The translations under genes were made by a program, and so were the position numbers. This document shows, piece after piece, positions 1 to 11,080 of a stretch of DNA of 64,000 nt (position 1 is the stretch's first letter; every line of letters starts with the position of its first letter). Under the pieces are notes generated by a model, which saw only the letters and a list, made by a program, of their open reading frames with translations, had not been told where the DNA came from and did no database searches. This DNA is from Azolla caroliniana. Lineage: Eukaryota; Plantae; Polypodiophyta. The DNA lies in NCBI GenBank assembly GCA_043228905.1, contig JBHGNT010000004.1:16926001-16990000 (forward strand), written 5' to 3'.

Positions 1-38
1 TGAAATCAGGTAATCTCGAATTACGCCGATCTACCCGC

Positions 39-2658
39 TTGAAGAACCCCGTAAAGAGATACGGTTATAATGAGTACATGGTGCATCATTATGCGTACAT
101 GACGCGAGTGGCGGAAGTGCGTCAGCCAAAGACCTATGCAGAAGCGGTGAAAGATGCGAATTGGCGTGCTGCGATGGATAAAGAGATGCGCGCTTTGACT
201 GATAATAAGACTTGGGACCTAGTTGATGCACCGAAGGGTGTAAAGCCAATCGGATGTAGGTGGCTGTATAAAGTGAAGTACAATGTCAATGGCTCAGTCA
301 ATTGATACAAGGCTTGTTTAGTTGCGAAAGGCTACGCGCAGAAGCACGACATGGACTACAACGAGACCTTCATGCCTGTCGCGAAGATGACTACCGTGCG
401 TGTTCTGCTAGTCGTAGTTGCGGCAAAGGGGTGTTAGCCAACCGGCAAGGAGTGAAGGACAGTCCAGAATATAGAAGGGCAGAAATAATCGGAGGTTGTT
501 ATTAGGATATTAAGTAATTAAGTAGATTTTAGAGAAGTGAATGAACAGACCGGAATCGGTATGCCGATCCGGATCGGATCGGTTCATATTAGTGTGCCAG
601 TTGGCACCGTTTTGTAGGCAAAGCCGGTGATCTATAAAAAGGCCTGGTTACATAATAAATGACAACGGATAATTAATAAAGCTCTATTTTCCTTATCTCT
701 GTGCATTGATTACCGTTCTGTGCTAATTACTTTCTATCTTGCGCGTGTATTAAGATTAAGGATCTGTTGCTTAAGTAACTGATTAAGGTCTGATTAATCG
801 TCGGTCTAACTTTGTTTCACCGTAACACCCTTTGGTGAAGTGTCTTCTGTAGACACCCTGTGTTAGGCTATTGTCCAGCCCTATGAAGTAACACAATTTT
901 TGGCAACCACGATTCCTGCATAAGCAACGAACATCGGCGGGAATGGATGACTAGAACGGCGAGCGGACCGGTTACGGATTGAGCAAGGAGACTCGCTGAG
1001 CAGCTACGGAAGCGAGAGGCCTTCCAGCAAGCGGCAGAAGAAATTCGTTCGGATCAATCATTTTCCAAAGTGATCCGGCGAGTGGCTGAGGGGAGTAACA
1101 AGGGGTGGCACTTACATCAAATGGATGTAAAGAACGTGTTCCTACAAGGTGATCTTGAGGAACAGGTGTACATGGTACAACCCCCCAGATTTCTATCCGA
1201 ACGAAACACTTCGACAATTTGCCGACTGAAGAAGTCACTCTACAGACTTAAGCAAGCCCCGCGAGCCTGGAACGCAAAGATTACGCAACAATTGCGTAGG
1301 ATGGGGTTTACAATGTCAAAATCAGACTCTTCATTATTTGTTCGGAAAGGTCAATATGGACCGGTAAGCCTTCTACTGTATGTTGATGATTTAGTCATCG
1401 CCGGTGCCGACCTAGACGAAATCCGTCGTGTAAAGTCTCAGCTTGCGGCATCATTCGAAATGAAGGATCTTGCAGACCTTCATTACTTCCTCGGGATCGA
1501 AGTGATCCGCGCCCCCGAAGGCATATTGATCAGCCAACGTCATTACACGCTGAATATGCTCTTCATGTTCGAGATGGCCAACTGTAATCCCATCTCGACC
1601 CCTCTAGATAGAAACCCAAAGCTTCGTCGAGATTCGAGAAAGGCATGCGACCCGACACTGTTTCGATAGATTGTCAGAAGCCTGATATATTTGACGATCA
1701 CCAGGCCGGACCTCAGCTACCCGGTCGGACTGATCAGTCAGTTTATGTCGCAGCCTATGACCGAACACTTTCAGTGCATGCAAAGGATATTGTGATATGT
1801 CAGCGGCACGAAAGACATGGCGTTGTTGTATCAAGCAGGCGTAGCCGAACAGTTGGTTGGCTACACGTATGCTGATTGGGCCGGAAATGCCAGTGATCGT
1901 AGATCCACATCCGGATATGCCTTCTCAGTAAGAAGTAGCCGACAGTAGCACTATCGAGCACGAAGGCCGAATATCGAGGGGCGACTGTCGCTACATGCGA
2001 AGTCATTTGACTGAAATGATTGTTACAGGATCTACATGTGGAGGTGTCCGATCCGACAATGATCTATTGTGACAACCTTAGTAGTATCCACATTGCGAAA
2101 AACTCTGTATTCCACGCCCGGACCAAGCACATTGAGGTGCATTACCATTTTGACCGCGAGCGGGTCCTTTCAGGTGACGTTGAACTAGCGTATGTTCTGA
2201 CGGATCAACAAGTTGTCGACATTGTCACCAAGTCTCTTGGTCTCAACAAGTTGTGGCATTTCTCGGGTGAGCTTGGGTTGCGTCACCTCGACACGCCAAA
2301 CTTGAGGGGGAGACAGGAACAAGAGAGTGAAAGGAGCGGAGGTGATCATCGCGGCGGAAGTAACCGTGATGCAGAGTCAGATGAAGAACTCGATTTCGGG
2401 CCGGCTGAAGAAGTCGAAGAAGAGAGCAGGGGCCATAATCGTAGGGAAGAGCCGAGGACAGCCAAATCAAGGGGAGGTAAGGCCAAGACCAAGACGTGGT
2501 ATGACATTGTCAAAGGCCTAAAGGCTGAAGACGAATTGGAGACAGCCAATTCGGATGTATGTGGAATTGAATCAGAAGAGACCGATTCAATCAAAAGTGA
2601 AAGGAGCGGAGGTGATCATCACAGCGGAAGTGATCGTGATGCGGAGTCGGATGAATAA
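39..2658 (+). pseudogene. Degenerate Copia pol (RT-RNase H) interrupted by a solo LTR
   Basis: ORF pieces 39-305, 1106-1669 and 2020-2658 carry RT/RNase H motifs. The frame AAKG|WHLHQMDVKN is restored when 432-1105 is removed. Several in-frame stops are present. Confidence 0.88.
432..1100 (+). mobile_element. Solo LTR (669 bp) inserted in the Copia RT
   Basis: Begins TGTTA and ends TAACA. 5-bp TSD AGGGG at 427-431 and 1101-1105. TATA-like CTATAAAAAGG near 632. No internal coding sequence. Confidence 0.9.
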
Positions 2659-2865
2659 TTCGATTTCGGGCCGGCTGAAGAAGTCGAAGAAGAGAACAAG
2701 GGCCGTAATCGTAGGGAAGAGCCGAGGACAACCGAATTAGGGGGAGGTAAGGCCAAGACCAAGATGTTGCCTGACATTGTCAAAGGCCTAAAGACTGAAG
2801 ACGAATTGGAGACATCCAATTCGGATGTAAGTGGAATTGAATCGGAAGAGACCGATTCAATCGAA
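2326..2865 (+). repeat. 270-bp tandem duplication in the Copia 3' region
   Basis: AGTGAAAGGAGCGGAGGTGATCATC starts at both 2326 and 2596. The units are collinear and encode an acidic/Gly/Arg-rich extension of the pol frame. Confidence 0.9.
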
Positions 2866-3108
2866 ATGTTCGATTTGGATATTATGAATCGACTGAGGGC
2901 CAAGCGTAGGAAAGGGCAGCGAAAGAGGCCCCAACAACACAACAGCAAGGGACCTGAGAAGGGCCAAATGAGTAGACTAGCCGACCAAAAGGGTCGAGGA
3001 GCGCGGAATCGAACAGGTCGAGGAGTGTGAGCAAGGCGTGAAGCCAAGAGAAGCCGGAGTGAAGACCCGGAGGAGCATGTGGAACTTCAAGTTGAGCTTG
3101 AGGGGGAA

Positions 3109-3495
3109 TGTTGAGTGACAAGCTCAACATTGGGTGCGTAACACAGTGTTGGGTGCGTAAAACAATACGCATAACGTGGCCGTATCGGTGCATAAAACGA
3201 AAGGCCGTTAGTATGGTATTCCTCGTAAGGAATAATTTTGGGAGCTAGTGTAGTAAGCTCATTTATGAGGAGTCAAGTATTGTCAGTACTTGTGTCAGCC
3301 CAATAGTCAGGGCTTGTATAAAAGGTGCTCACTGATCACGAAGTATGTACAAAGTGTCATTATTTTGAAATTGAACTGAGTTGTCTGCTCCCTCTCCCTC
3401 TCCATCTCCGTGTTTTCTATGTTTTACTAAACTTTCGTTCTCCGAACTGTGCGCTCTATGTTTCGCATACGCTTGCGCACACATATTCTTTTACA
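3109..3495 (+). repeat. 3' LTR of the first Copia element
   Basis: Starts TG directly after the PPT, contains TATAAAAGG near 3317, and probably ends TTACA. Confidence 0.7.
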
Positions 3496-3625
3496 ATATT
3501 GTAACTATATTTTGGAATCCACACAAATTTTGTATTGCGAGAATCAACTCATTGTATATCGCGAGTACTTATTAATGGAAAAGTTGTTTACAACAAGTGT
3601 TTATCTCAAGTTGATTTGTTGTTTT

Positions 3626-4051
3626 TGTCAGGAATAGTACTAAAACAGAGATGGAATTAGTACTAAGAAGAGTAGTACTATTAGTACTAAGAGGACGGGA
3701 CTGCGTAAGATTCCTGAGAGAGAGGAAGTGAGAAGAGGAGAGAGAGGGAAATAGGATGATGACAGCAGCTCTTATATTATATGAAAGATAAGTACAAATC
3801 GACTAAGAGGCTTAAGACTGGTGTTGAACCAATTTGGTTCAAAACAATGCCTTGTGCCTTCTTTTATAGTGTTTTTAGGAATAATCCTGAAGCTTCTAGA
3901 ATGTTCCAAAGAGATCTGGAATATACATCAATTTTCTATGATAAAGCATAAATGAAAATAATATCCTACAAAATACAATTCATAGTCTAATGGTAAGAGC
4001 TCGACCCATGTAGCATAAGGTCATGGGTTCGAGTCTTGCCATATCATGACA
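3626..4051 (-). repeat. 3' LTR of the chromovirus
   Basis: Direct repeat of 8859-9284. Adjacent CTATCTCCCCCT is the reverse complement of a PPT. Confidence 0.95.
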
Positions 4052-4062
4052 CTATCTCCCCC

Positions 4063-7000
4063 TTAAAGACGACGAGTGGAACGAGTCAGCGCTAATTGCG
4101 GACCGGGTTTGTCCGGATACTTTCGGTGGAAATCAGCAAGAAGATCTTGTGCATTGGCAACATTCTCGACGGGTTCCCAAGTACGTTCGCTCGGACTATA
4201 ACCGAGCCAATCGACCAAGTAATAGAGTTTGTTGCGAACAAGTTTGGAATCGAGGATGGCAGCAACTTCATACTCCGGGCCGGCGTCCAACTCCAGTGGG
4301 GGCGGCGGTGGTGTCACACGATCGGGAATGGTGTTTGCTTTATAAGGTTCAAGAAGAGAACAATGGAAAACCATATGTATCTGAAGCTGCGGAGGGAGAT
4401 CAAGGCGGAAGGTGACATCATTAATCTTCCCCGTAATACGGAAAGGACCGAGTCATCGATAATCCAACTTGTCGCACGGTCGAGTAGTCTTGATGTGACG
4501 ACGTAAGAGCCATACTCGATCTCCGATGGCAAAAGAGGAGGGAATCCGATGACGATCCGCATAAGTCTTCTGTGTGTGTTGAGCATGACGAAGGTGAGTA
4601 GAGAGATCCATCTGGATCTTGCGTAGCCTCTCCAAATGATCCTCGGCACGAGGGTTGGTAGGTAGCTCCGGAGTGTCGATCACCGACCAGCGAGGATGGA
4701 AACCGGTATAAGCGAAAAATGGGGAGACCCGAGTCGAGGAGTGAATAGCATTATTATACGCAAACTCCGCAAAGTGGAGAATCTCGGCCCAATCGTCCTG
4801 TTGATAACTCAGGAAACACCGGAGATATTGCTGCAACGTTTGGTTTGTTCGTTCCGCCTGTCCGTCGGTCTGAGGATGGTAGCCGGAGGAGAGGTTGCAG
4901 GAGACCTTGAGCATCTTGAAGAGATGCTGCCAAAATTTGGAGACAAATTGCGGGCCTCGGTCACTGATAATACTGTCTGGGAGGCCATGATGTCGAAAAA
5001 CCTCACGCATAACAAGAGCGGCGGTTTCCTCGCTAGTGATGGCTTTAGTACATGGCACAAAATGTGCCATCTTCGTATATCGATCGACGACGGTTAGGAT
5101 AGCATCGAACCCTTTCGAGACCGGCAGATCTGTGATAAAATCAAGACAAATAGACTGCCATGGTTTACTTGGAATTGGTAAAGGTTCCAACAAGCCATAT
5201 GGATGGTGTCGTGGCATCTTTGCTCGGCAGCAAGCATCACAGGTCCGAACGTAGTCGTCGACAAAACGGCGCATGTGGGGCCACCAAAAAGATCGCTGCA
5301 CTAGCTCCAACGTCTTAGTACTACCGAAATGTCCCGCCGTATGGGTGTCGTGACAATGTTGGACAATTTGAAGGCGACAGGAGCAATCGGGGACATATAC
5401 GCGCTTTTTAAAGAATAACAAACCATCATGATATTCGAATTGTCGGTAGTCAATACCTGGTTGTTGAGACTGAGAACAGGATGCCCGAGAAGTATCAATG
5501 TGCACCAGGATGTTTTGAGCAAAACTATCCGTCTTCAAGGTTGCACGTATGTCATCGGTAATCCGTGAATCCATCGGGGTGTGAAAAATCCGCGTCGTGT
5601 GCAATCGTGTTGGTCCCAAGATTACTTGCTTTTGATTATCAAATGTTGCGTCACCAGGACGAGGTGCAAGATATGAACGTCGTGATAGTGCATCTGCTTT
5701 TCCTTGCTGCTTCCCCGGTCGATATGTGATTTTGAAGTCGAAACGCGTGAGGAATTGCGCCCACCGAGCTTGCCGTCGATTTAGTACGCGAGCGTTCTGA
5801 AAATAAGCAAGATTTTTATGATCGCTGAAGACAATGACCTGATGTGGAGAGCCCTCTAAGAAATGCCGCCATTGTACAAATGAATCCACGATGGCTAATA
5901 ACTCCTTGTCATGTATTTCGTAGTTGATTTCTGCGACATCGAATTTGCGCGAATGGAAAGCCACCGGATGCAACTCTTCTTTATCACCTTGTTGAGAAAG
6001 GATGCTACCGAGGGCGAAATCTGATGCGTCGGCCTCCATGATGAATGGTTTGCTTGTATCCACATGAGCTAGAATCGGTGCTGATGTAAAGGCTTTCTTA
6101 AGATGCCGAAAAGCCATATCTGCTTCAATGGACCAAAGAAATGCTTGGCCCTTCTTCGTAAGTTGTGTGAGAGGTAAAATAATCTTCGAGTAATCCTGTA
6201 TAAACTTACGGTAGAAGTTAGCAAAACCTAGAAAACATTGTACATCTCGTACCGACCGTGGAATTTGCCACTCTAGTACAGTTTGGATCTTAGCTGGATC
6301 CATGGCGATGCCCTTTGAGGAGATGACGTAGCCTAGAAATTCCACTTGCTTGCAGTCAAAGCTACATTTTTCTAGCTTGGCATAAAGACCATTCTCGCGG
6401 AGTCGCTTTAGTACTAATAGTACATGAGAATCGTGCTCTTCCTGGGTCTTCGAATAAATCAACAGATCATCCAGATAAATGATCAAACAAATATCCAAGA
6501 GGTCTCTGAATATATCATTTGCCATGTGTTGGAAGACTGCGGGTGCATTGGTTAGGCCAAATGGCATAACAGTATACTCGAAATGCCCATACCGCGTGCG
6601 AAAAGCGGTCTTCCACTCATCTCCCGATCGGATCCGCACGAGATTATACGCTCCGCGTAGGTCGATTTTAGTAAAACACTTGGCACCATTAACTCGCTCT
6701 AAAAGACTTGATATAAGAGGAAGTGCATACCTATTCCGGATGGTGACTTTATTTAATCCGCGGTAATCAACGACAAGACGAAGTGAGCCATCTTTCTTCT
6801 TGACAAAGAAGATGGGTGCACCGGCCGGAGATTTCGAATGACGGATGAACCCGCTTGCCAAGTTCTCCTCTATGTAGGCTCGAAGGACTTCTAACTCGGT
6901 GGGTGACAGGTTGTAAATTGGTCCCCATGGTGGCTCGGTTCCTGGTTGTAAATCGATGGGACAGTCATAGGGACGGTGATGAGGAAGGGTACCGGCTTTT

Positions 7001-7650
7001 ACCTTTTCAAATACATCGGCATAAGGATGATATTTTGCCGGAAGTTGTACTGAGGAGTCCTTCTTAATAGTGCTGGAAGGATGTACTGATATGGAAAATA
7101 GGAACATTGCCTCCTTGGGTCCTTCTTCGCGTAGTTGATGGAGTGGAATGGTCGAAACTCGGCGAGTTGATTCTTGGGGTGGTCGATATCGGACTTCTCT
7201 TGTTCTCCAATCTATGGCTGGATTATGTAATTCAAGCCAAGGTAATCCTAGGACAATGGGATGCTCTGGACTACTAATTATATTAAATGATATTATACAC
7301 ACAAAACTACCTAGGACAACTTGAATGGGTTCTGATTCTTCTACAATATTCCCGGAAGCAATGGGACGACCATCAATGACCACTACAGATGCGGGACAAG
7401 GAAGTTTTCTTAAGGATATCTGAGAAGCTTGGGCAAAATTTCGATCCATGAAACAGGAATTAGCTCCGGAATCTAAAAGTGCTAGGACGGGTACTGGGGG
7501 AGTACTTTTAGTACTAACATTGACTTGGGCTAGGAACACATTGCTAACTTGCTTGGAAGGAATGGAACCACTAATGGGCTGTACAGATCTAGGGCTGCTG
7601 TCCAACCAAATGGCTCCTATTTTGGCTGGACTCAATCGTTTAACTCTTCA
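4063..7650 (-). pseudogene. Chromovirus pol (protease, RT, RNase H, integrase, chromodomain) with one in-frame TGA
   Basis: Motifs LLDSGA (PR), YLDDLL (RT), ADASDFA (RNase H), H-H-C-C and HPQTDGQAER (IN). A TGA at 4453-4455 interrupts YR*LGPF, and the same frame continues into the chromodomain YEVAAILDSK...YLVDWLGY...TWEP. Confidence 0.93.
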
Positions 7651-8789
7651 TCTAATTGACTAAGGATTTCAAATTTATTTGAGATACTTGGGCTATTAGT
7701 ACTATGAATACTATCTGACACTCTATTAGTACTATTACTACTATCAGACACTCCGAAGGGAAGAATTGACTCAGGTTTAGTATAGGCGACGATTTGATTT
7801 ACCTGTCTTCTTGGCCTATGGGGACAATTGATGGCGATATGTCCTGGTCCACCGCAATAAAGGCATAATCGATTGGCATGTCGTCGTTGCTTTTCTTCTT
7901 CCGATAACGGGCCGCGTCGACGCATGGTATCGATCTCCATCGGTGTCGAAGTATTTGCTTGAGGTATGTCTCATGCAAACGGTTTAGCCGCGACTACGGC
8001 GTAAGTGGGCTCTGGCCTAGAGCGTGGTATCTGTAATTGACGTTCTGAACGCCGTTCAAAAAGGCGGTTGTCACATCGAACTGCTCGACTGATTGCCTCC
8101 GTAAGAGACTTTGGTTCTTCGGGGAAAGTTAGAAGTAGATCTTTGACATCGTTTCGCAAGCCATAGCAAAACTGCTCCATTAGTGCTTGATCATCCCAGG
8201 GTATATCTGAAGCAAGTAGGCGGAAATCCGCCGCGTAGGCAGAGGCTGGACGATCGCCTTGACGCAATCGCCGGATCTTGTTGATCGTCGTCCTGATGTT
8301 GTCGATGTCTCCAAAGCAGGCTTTAAACTCACCAATAAAATCTTCAAAGTTATTAAGCAAGGGCGATTGTTTTTCTAGAAGCGGAGCGAACCATGCCAAG
8401 GCTAAGCCGCTAAGTAGCGTGCCTATTAGGCCGACTCGAGATGCATCAGTGGGATATCGGGAAGGATGCATCTGGATGACTCAGCGTACCTGATTAAGGA
8501 ATCCCCGAAATTGCGAACGCGTTCCATCAAATTTCACAGGAAGTCCAATCTTGGGCTCTTTATGAAATCCTTGGGGACTGGATCCTTGTTGTTGCAACGC
8601 TGCTTCAAGTTGTTGTACCCGTAACGCTAACTCCCCATGTTGTTGTTGCGTTTGTTGTTTTTCTAGAGCGATTTGTTGCAGATCCCCTATCAGCCGTTGG
8701 TTTTCTTGTTCCAAGGCAACAAACTTTTCTTTTAGGCACTGTAGCTCGGAGAAAACGGATTGGTATTCTTGGGCGCTAACAGTAGCCAT
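7632..8789 (-). pseudogene. Chromovirus gag with two in-frame TGA stops
   Basis: ORFs 8481-8789, 7971-8471 and 7632-7940 share one frame. Motifs PVKFDGTRSQFRGF, LRQGDRPASAY, PMEID and the CLYCGGPGHIAINC zinc knuckle. Confidence 0.9.
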
Positions 8790-8858
8790 AGTATAGGGAA
8801 AAGGGTAGGAGGATGAGGGAGAGTGACAAGTAGGCTAGAGGAAAAAATTGGTTCAAAC

Positions 8859-9284
8859 TGTCAGGAATAGTACTAAAACAGAGATGGAATTAGTACTAAG
8901 AAGAGTAGTACTATTAGTACTAAGAGGACGGGACTGCGTAAGATTCCCGAGAGAGAGGAAGTGAGAAGAGGAGAGAGAGGGAAATAGGATGATGACAGCA
9001 GCTCTTATATTATATGAAAGATAAGTACAAATCGACTAAGAGGCTTAAGACTGGTGTTGAACCAATTTGGTTCAAAACAATGCATTGTGCCTTCTTTTAT
9101 AGTGTTTTTAGGAATAATCCTGAAGCTTCTAGAATGTTCCAGAGAGATCTGGAATATACATCAATTTTCTATGATAAAGCATAAATGAAAATAATATCCT
9201 ACAAAATACAATTCATAGTCTAATGGTAAGAGCTCGACCCATGTAGCATAAGGTCATGGGTTCAAGTCTTGCCATATCATGACA
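8859..9284 (-). repeat. 5' LTR of the chromovirus
   Basis: Direct repeat of 3626-4051. Minus-strand TATAAAA at 9101-9095. Confidence 0.95.
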
Positions 9285-9665
9285 GTTTTAAACCAATCTC
9301 AAGTTGTGATCTCCAATTGATTTGATGTTTTAAACCAATCTCAAGTTGGTTTGTTGTTTTAAACCAATCTCAAGTGTAAACCAATTGATTTGCGGTTTTA
9401 AACCAATCTCTTCGAAAAAACTATTTTAAACCAATCGATCGCCCAACCCTTGTAAAAAACATCAATGGTAATAAACCAGATTGCCCAAACCTCTTAAAAT
9501 TAATTCTCTCATAACCCAGTTCTCCCAAACCTTATTCTCTCATAATCAGGTCGCCCAACCTGTTTAAATATGGAAAATAAGCAAGTCACCCAACCTATAT
9601 TTACCAGGTCACCCAACCCTCGTAAAAAACATCGATGGTAATAAATAGGGTCGCCCAAACCTATT
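9285..9665. repeat. MULE left subterminal repeats
   Basis: Several TTTTAAACCAATCTCAAG copies followed by multiple GGTCGCCCAACC-like motifs. The first motif family also occurs just left of the chromovirus (about 3600-3625). Confidence 0.75.
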
Positions 9666-10377
9666 AAAAATCCGAAGATAGAGACTATGAGTCAGCTTAA
9701 ATTTAAGACAGAGACTATGAGTCTGCTTCATCCGAAGAAGAGGCAGAGGACGTTGATCCCTTCATGTACTGTTCGATGAGGTATTTTGCGTTCACAAGAC
9801 GTACGTACGATTTAATGCTTAAAGATTTATCGGGTCAAGTTAAGGTAATGTTTGAAACATTAAGCACAATTGCAAGGGGGGCACCTCTTAATTTACATGC
9901 ATGGAGGCGCATGAAGAGTTGTCTCACGCTTAGAAATGAGAATGCAATACACCTTAAGGCATCGCCTCATCTTCAAGTTACGCATGCAAAGAAATGGAGG
10001 GAGATAGTATTGGCGTCACATTGTGGCGCATCGCACCGTTCTTTAACGGGTACTCTGACAGAGTTAAAAGAGACTTTGGTCCAATGACTTTCATGACCAT
10101 GGGATCCCTAGTGCGTATGTGAAAGCAGTGGTTGACCGATGTGGTTGTCAAGTTGTGTCGAGGTTAACTCCATCTAACTTGGAGGGGACAAGTGTCGTGA
10201 AATATAAAAAGTCTAGACCCATAGAATTGATCAAGATAGAGGCCCATAAGGTTGATGATACGCTCATAGATGTTCAATTGAGGTATCACACACGCTTCCA
10301 TATAGGGGCAACAAGGGGTGGACATGTGACTAGGTATAATTGTCATCGATACGGTGTGGCCAACAAACAATATCCGT

Positions 10378-10906
10378 TGTCGTGAAGATTTTTGTCCATA
10401 GGTGGAAACCGGGGTGGAAAGGGCAAGTCGGTGGTGTGCAACATGTGCACACGATTACTAGCAAATGGTGTATAGAAATAAGAGGGGAAATTTTATCCCA
10501 CATTGTAAGGTCCCTCCCTCCTTGGGCTATAAAAGGAAGGGAGGGGTCACTTATGAAGGGTTGCCTATTTTGCGTATGAGAGGTATACCACTTAGTCTAG
10601 AGTTCTTACCGTTTTAGGGTTAGGGTTTCGTTTAGGGTTTCCTTATTCGTCTTCGGTTAGGGTTTTCTCTTAGTCATTTGGTGCGGCCCATGCGGCCACC
10701 ATTGTTGTAATTATTCGTTTGTTTTAATATAATTTGTTGAGCATCTTGTCTTGGTCGATCTCTCCTTCTATGTCATGGTCTTATTCTTCCCTCTTCTCCT
10801 CTTGAGCTAAGCCTCCATATCATACCTTATTCCTTCTCCTCTATTCCCTAGTCCGAGACCCCCGTGGTCTCGCCCCTTCTACACGCACGCGCGTAACAAC
10901 ACGACA
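10378..10906 (+). repeat. LTR-A, left copy (plus orientation)
   Basis: TG...CA, 529 bp, TATA GCTATAAAAGG near 10527, followed by a 4-nt spacer and a PBS. Confidence 0.9.
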
Positions 10907-10910
10907 TCTT

Positions 10911-10928
10911 TGGTGAACCCGACGTGAA
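10911..10928 (+). promoter_or_regulatory. Primer-binding site, tRNA-Trp
   Basis: TGGTGAACCCGACGTGAA matches my recollection of the complement of the plant tRNA-Trp 3' end and resembles the avian retroviral Trp PBS TGGTGACCCCGACGTGAT. Confidence 0.85.
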
Positions 10929-10943
10929 GGGCAACAAGGGAAC

Positions 10944-11080
10944 ATGGAGATGGAAGAAGACTTCGACTTTGCAGAGATGGTGGCGAAGATTGTGATGGAG
11001 GCCCGATGGAAGAAGGCGAGGCAAGATGCGGCTCAACAAGCCATCGAGAGGGTGGTCGATTGAGTCGGCCGATTCAACGG
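10944..11080 (+). pseudogene. 5' stub of a Gypsy gag truncated by LTR-B
   Basis: Translates MEMEEDFDFAEMVAKIV...AIERVVD*VGRFNG, homologous to AIEAVVDTIGRFDG at the start of the minus-strand gag near 25700. Confidence 0.75.

Larger units (their letters stand above)
1..3495 (+). mobile_element. Ty1/Copia LTR retrotransposon, 3' part (RT, RNase H, extended 3' region, PPT, 3' LTR); 5' end lies outside the window
   Basis: Copia motifs WLYKVK, QMDVKNVFLQGDL, LKQAPRAW, LLYVDDL, YFLGIEV and HARTKHIEVHYHF, broken by stops. PPT TGAGGGGGAA precedes TGTTGAG at 3109. The LTR probably ends at TTTTACA (3495), but this is not confirmed by a TSD. Confidence 0.88.
3626..9284 (-). mobile_element. Full-length Ty3/Gypsy chromovirus (Tcn1/Tf1-like) with premature stops
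   Basis: 426-bp direct LTRs (TGTCA...TGACA) with 4 substitutions seen by eye. TSD GTTTT at 3621-3625 and 9285-9289. PPT next to 4051. Domain order gag-PR-RT-RH-IN-chromodomain. Confidence 0.96.

Noticed and set aside
3981-4045. Functional tRNA gene
   Set aside because: The acceptor stem does not pair and the T-stem is weak. Only A- and B-box-like motifs remain.
7971-8483. Programmed readthrough or selenocysteine at the in-frame TGA codons of the chromovirus
   Set aside because: Point mutation, largely CGA-to-TGA decay at methylated CpG, is the simpler explanation. No supporting signal was seen.
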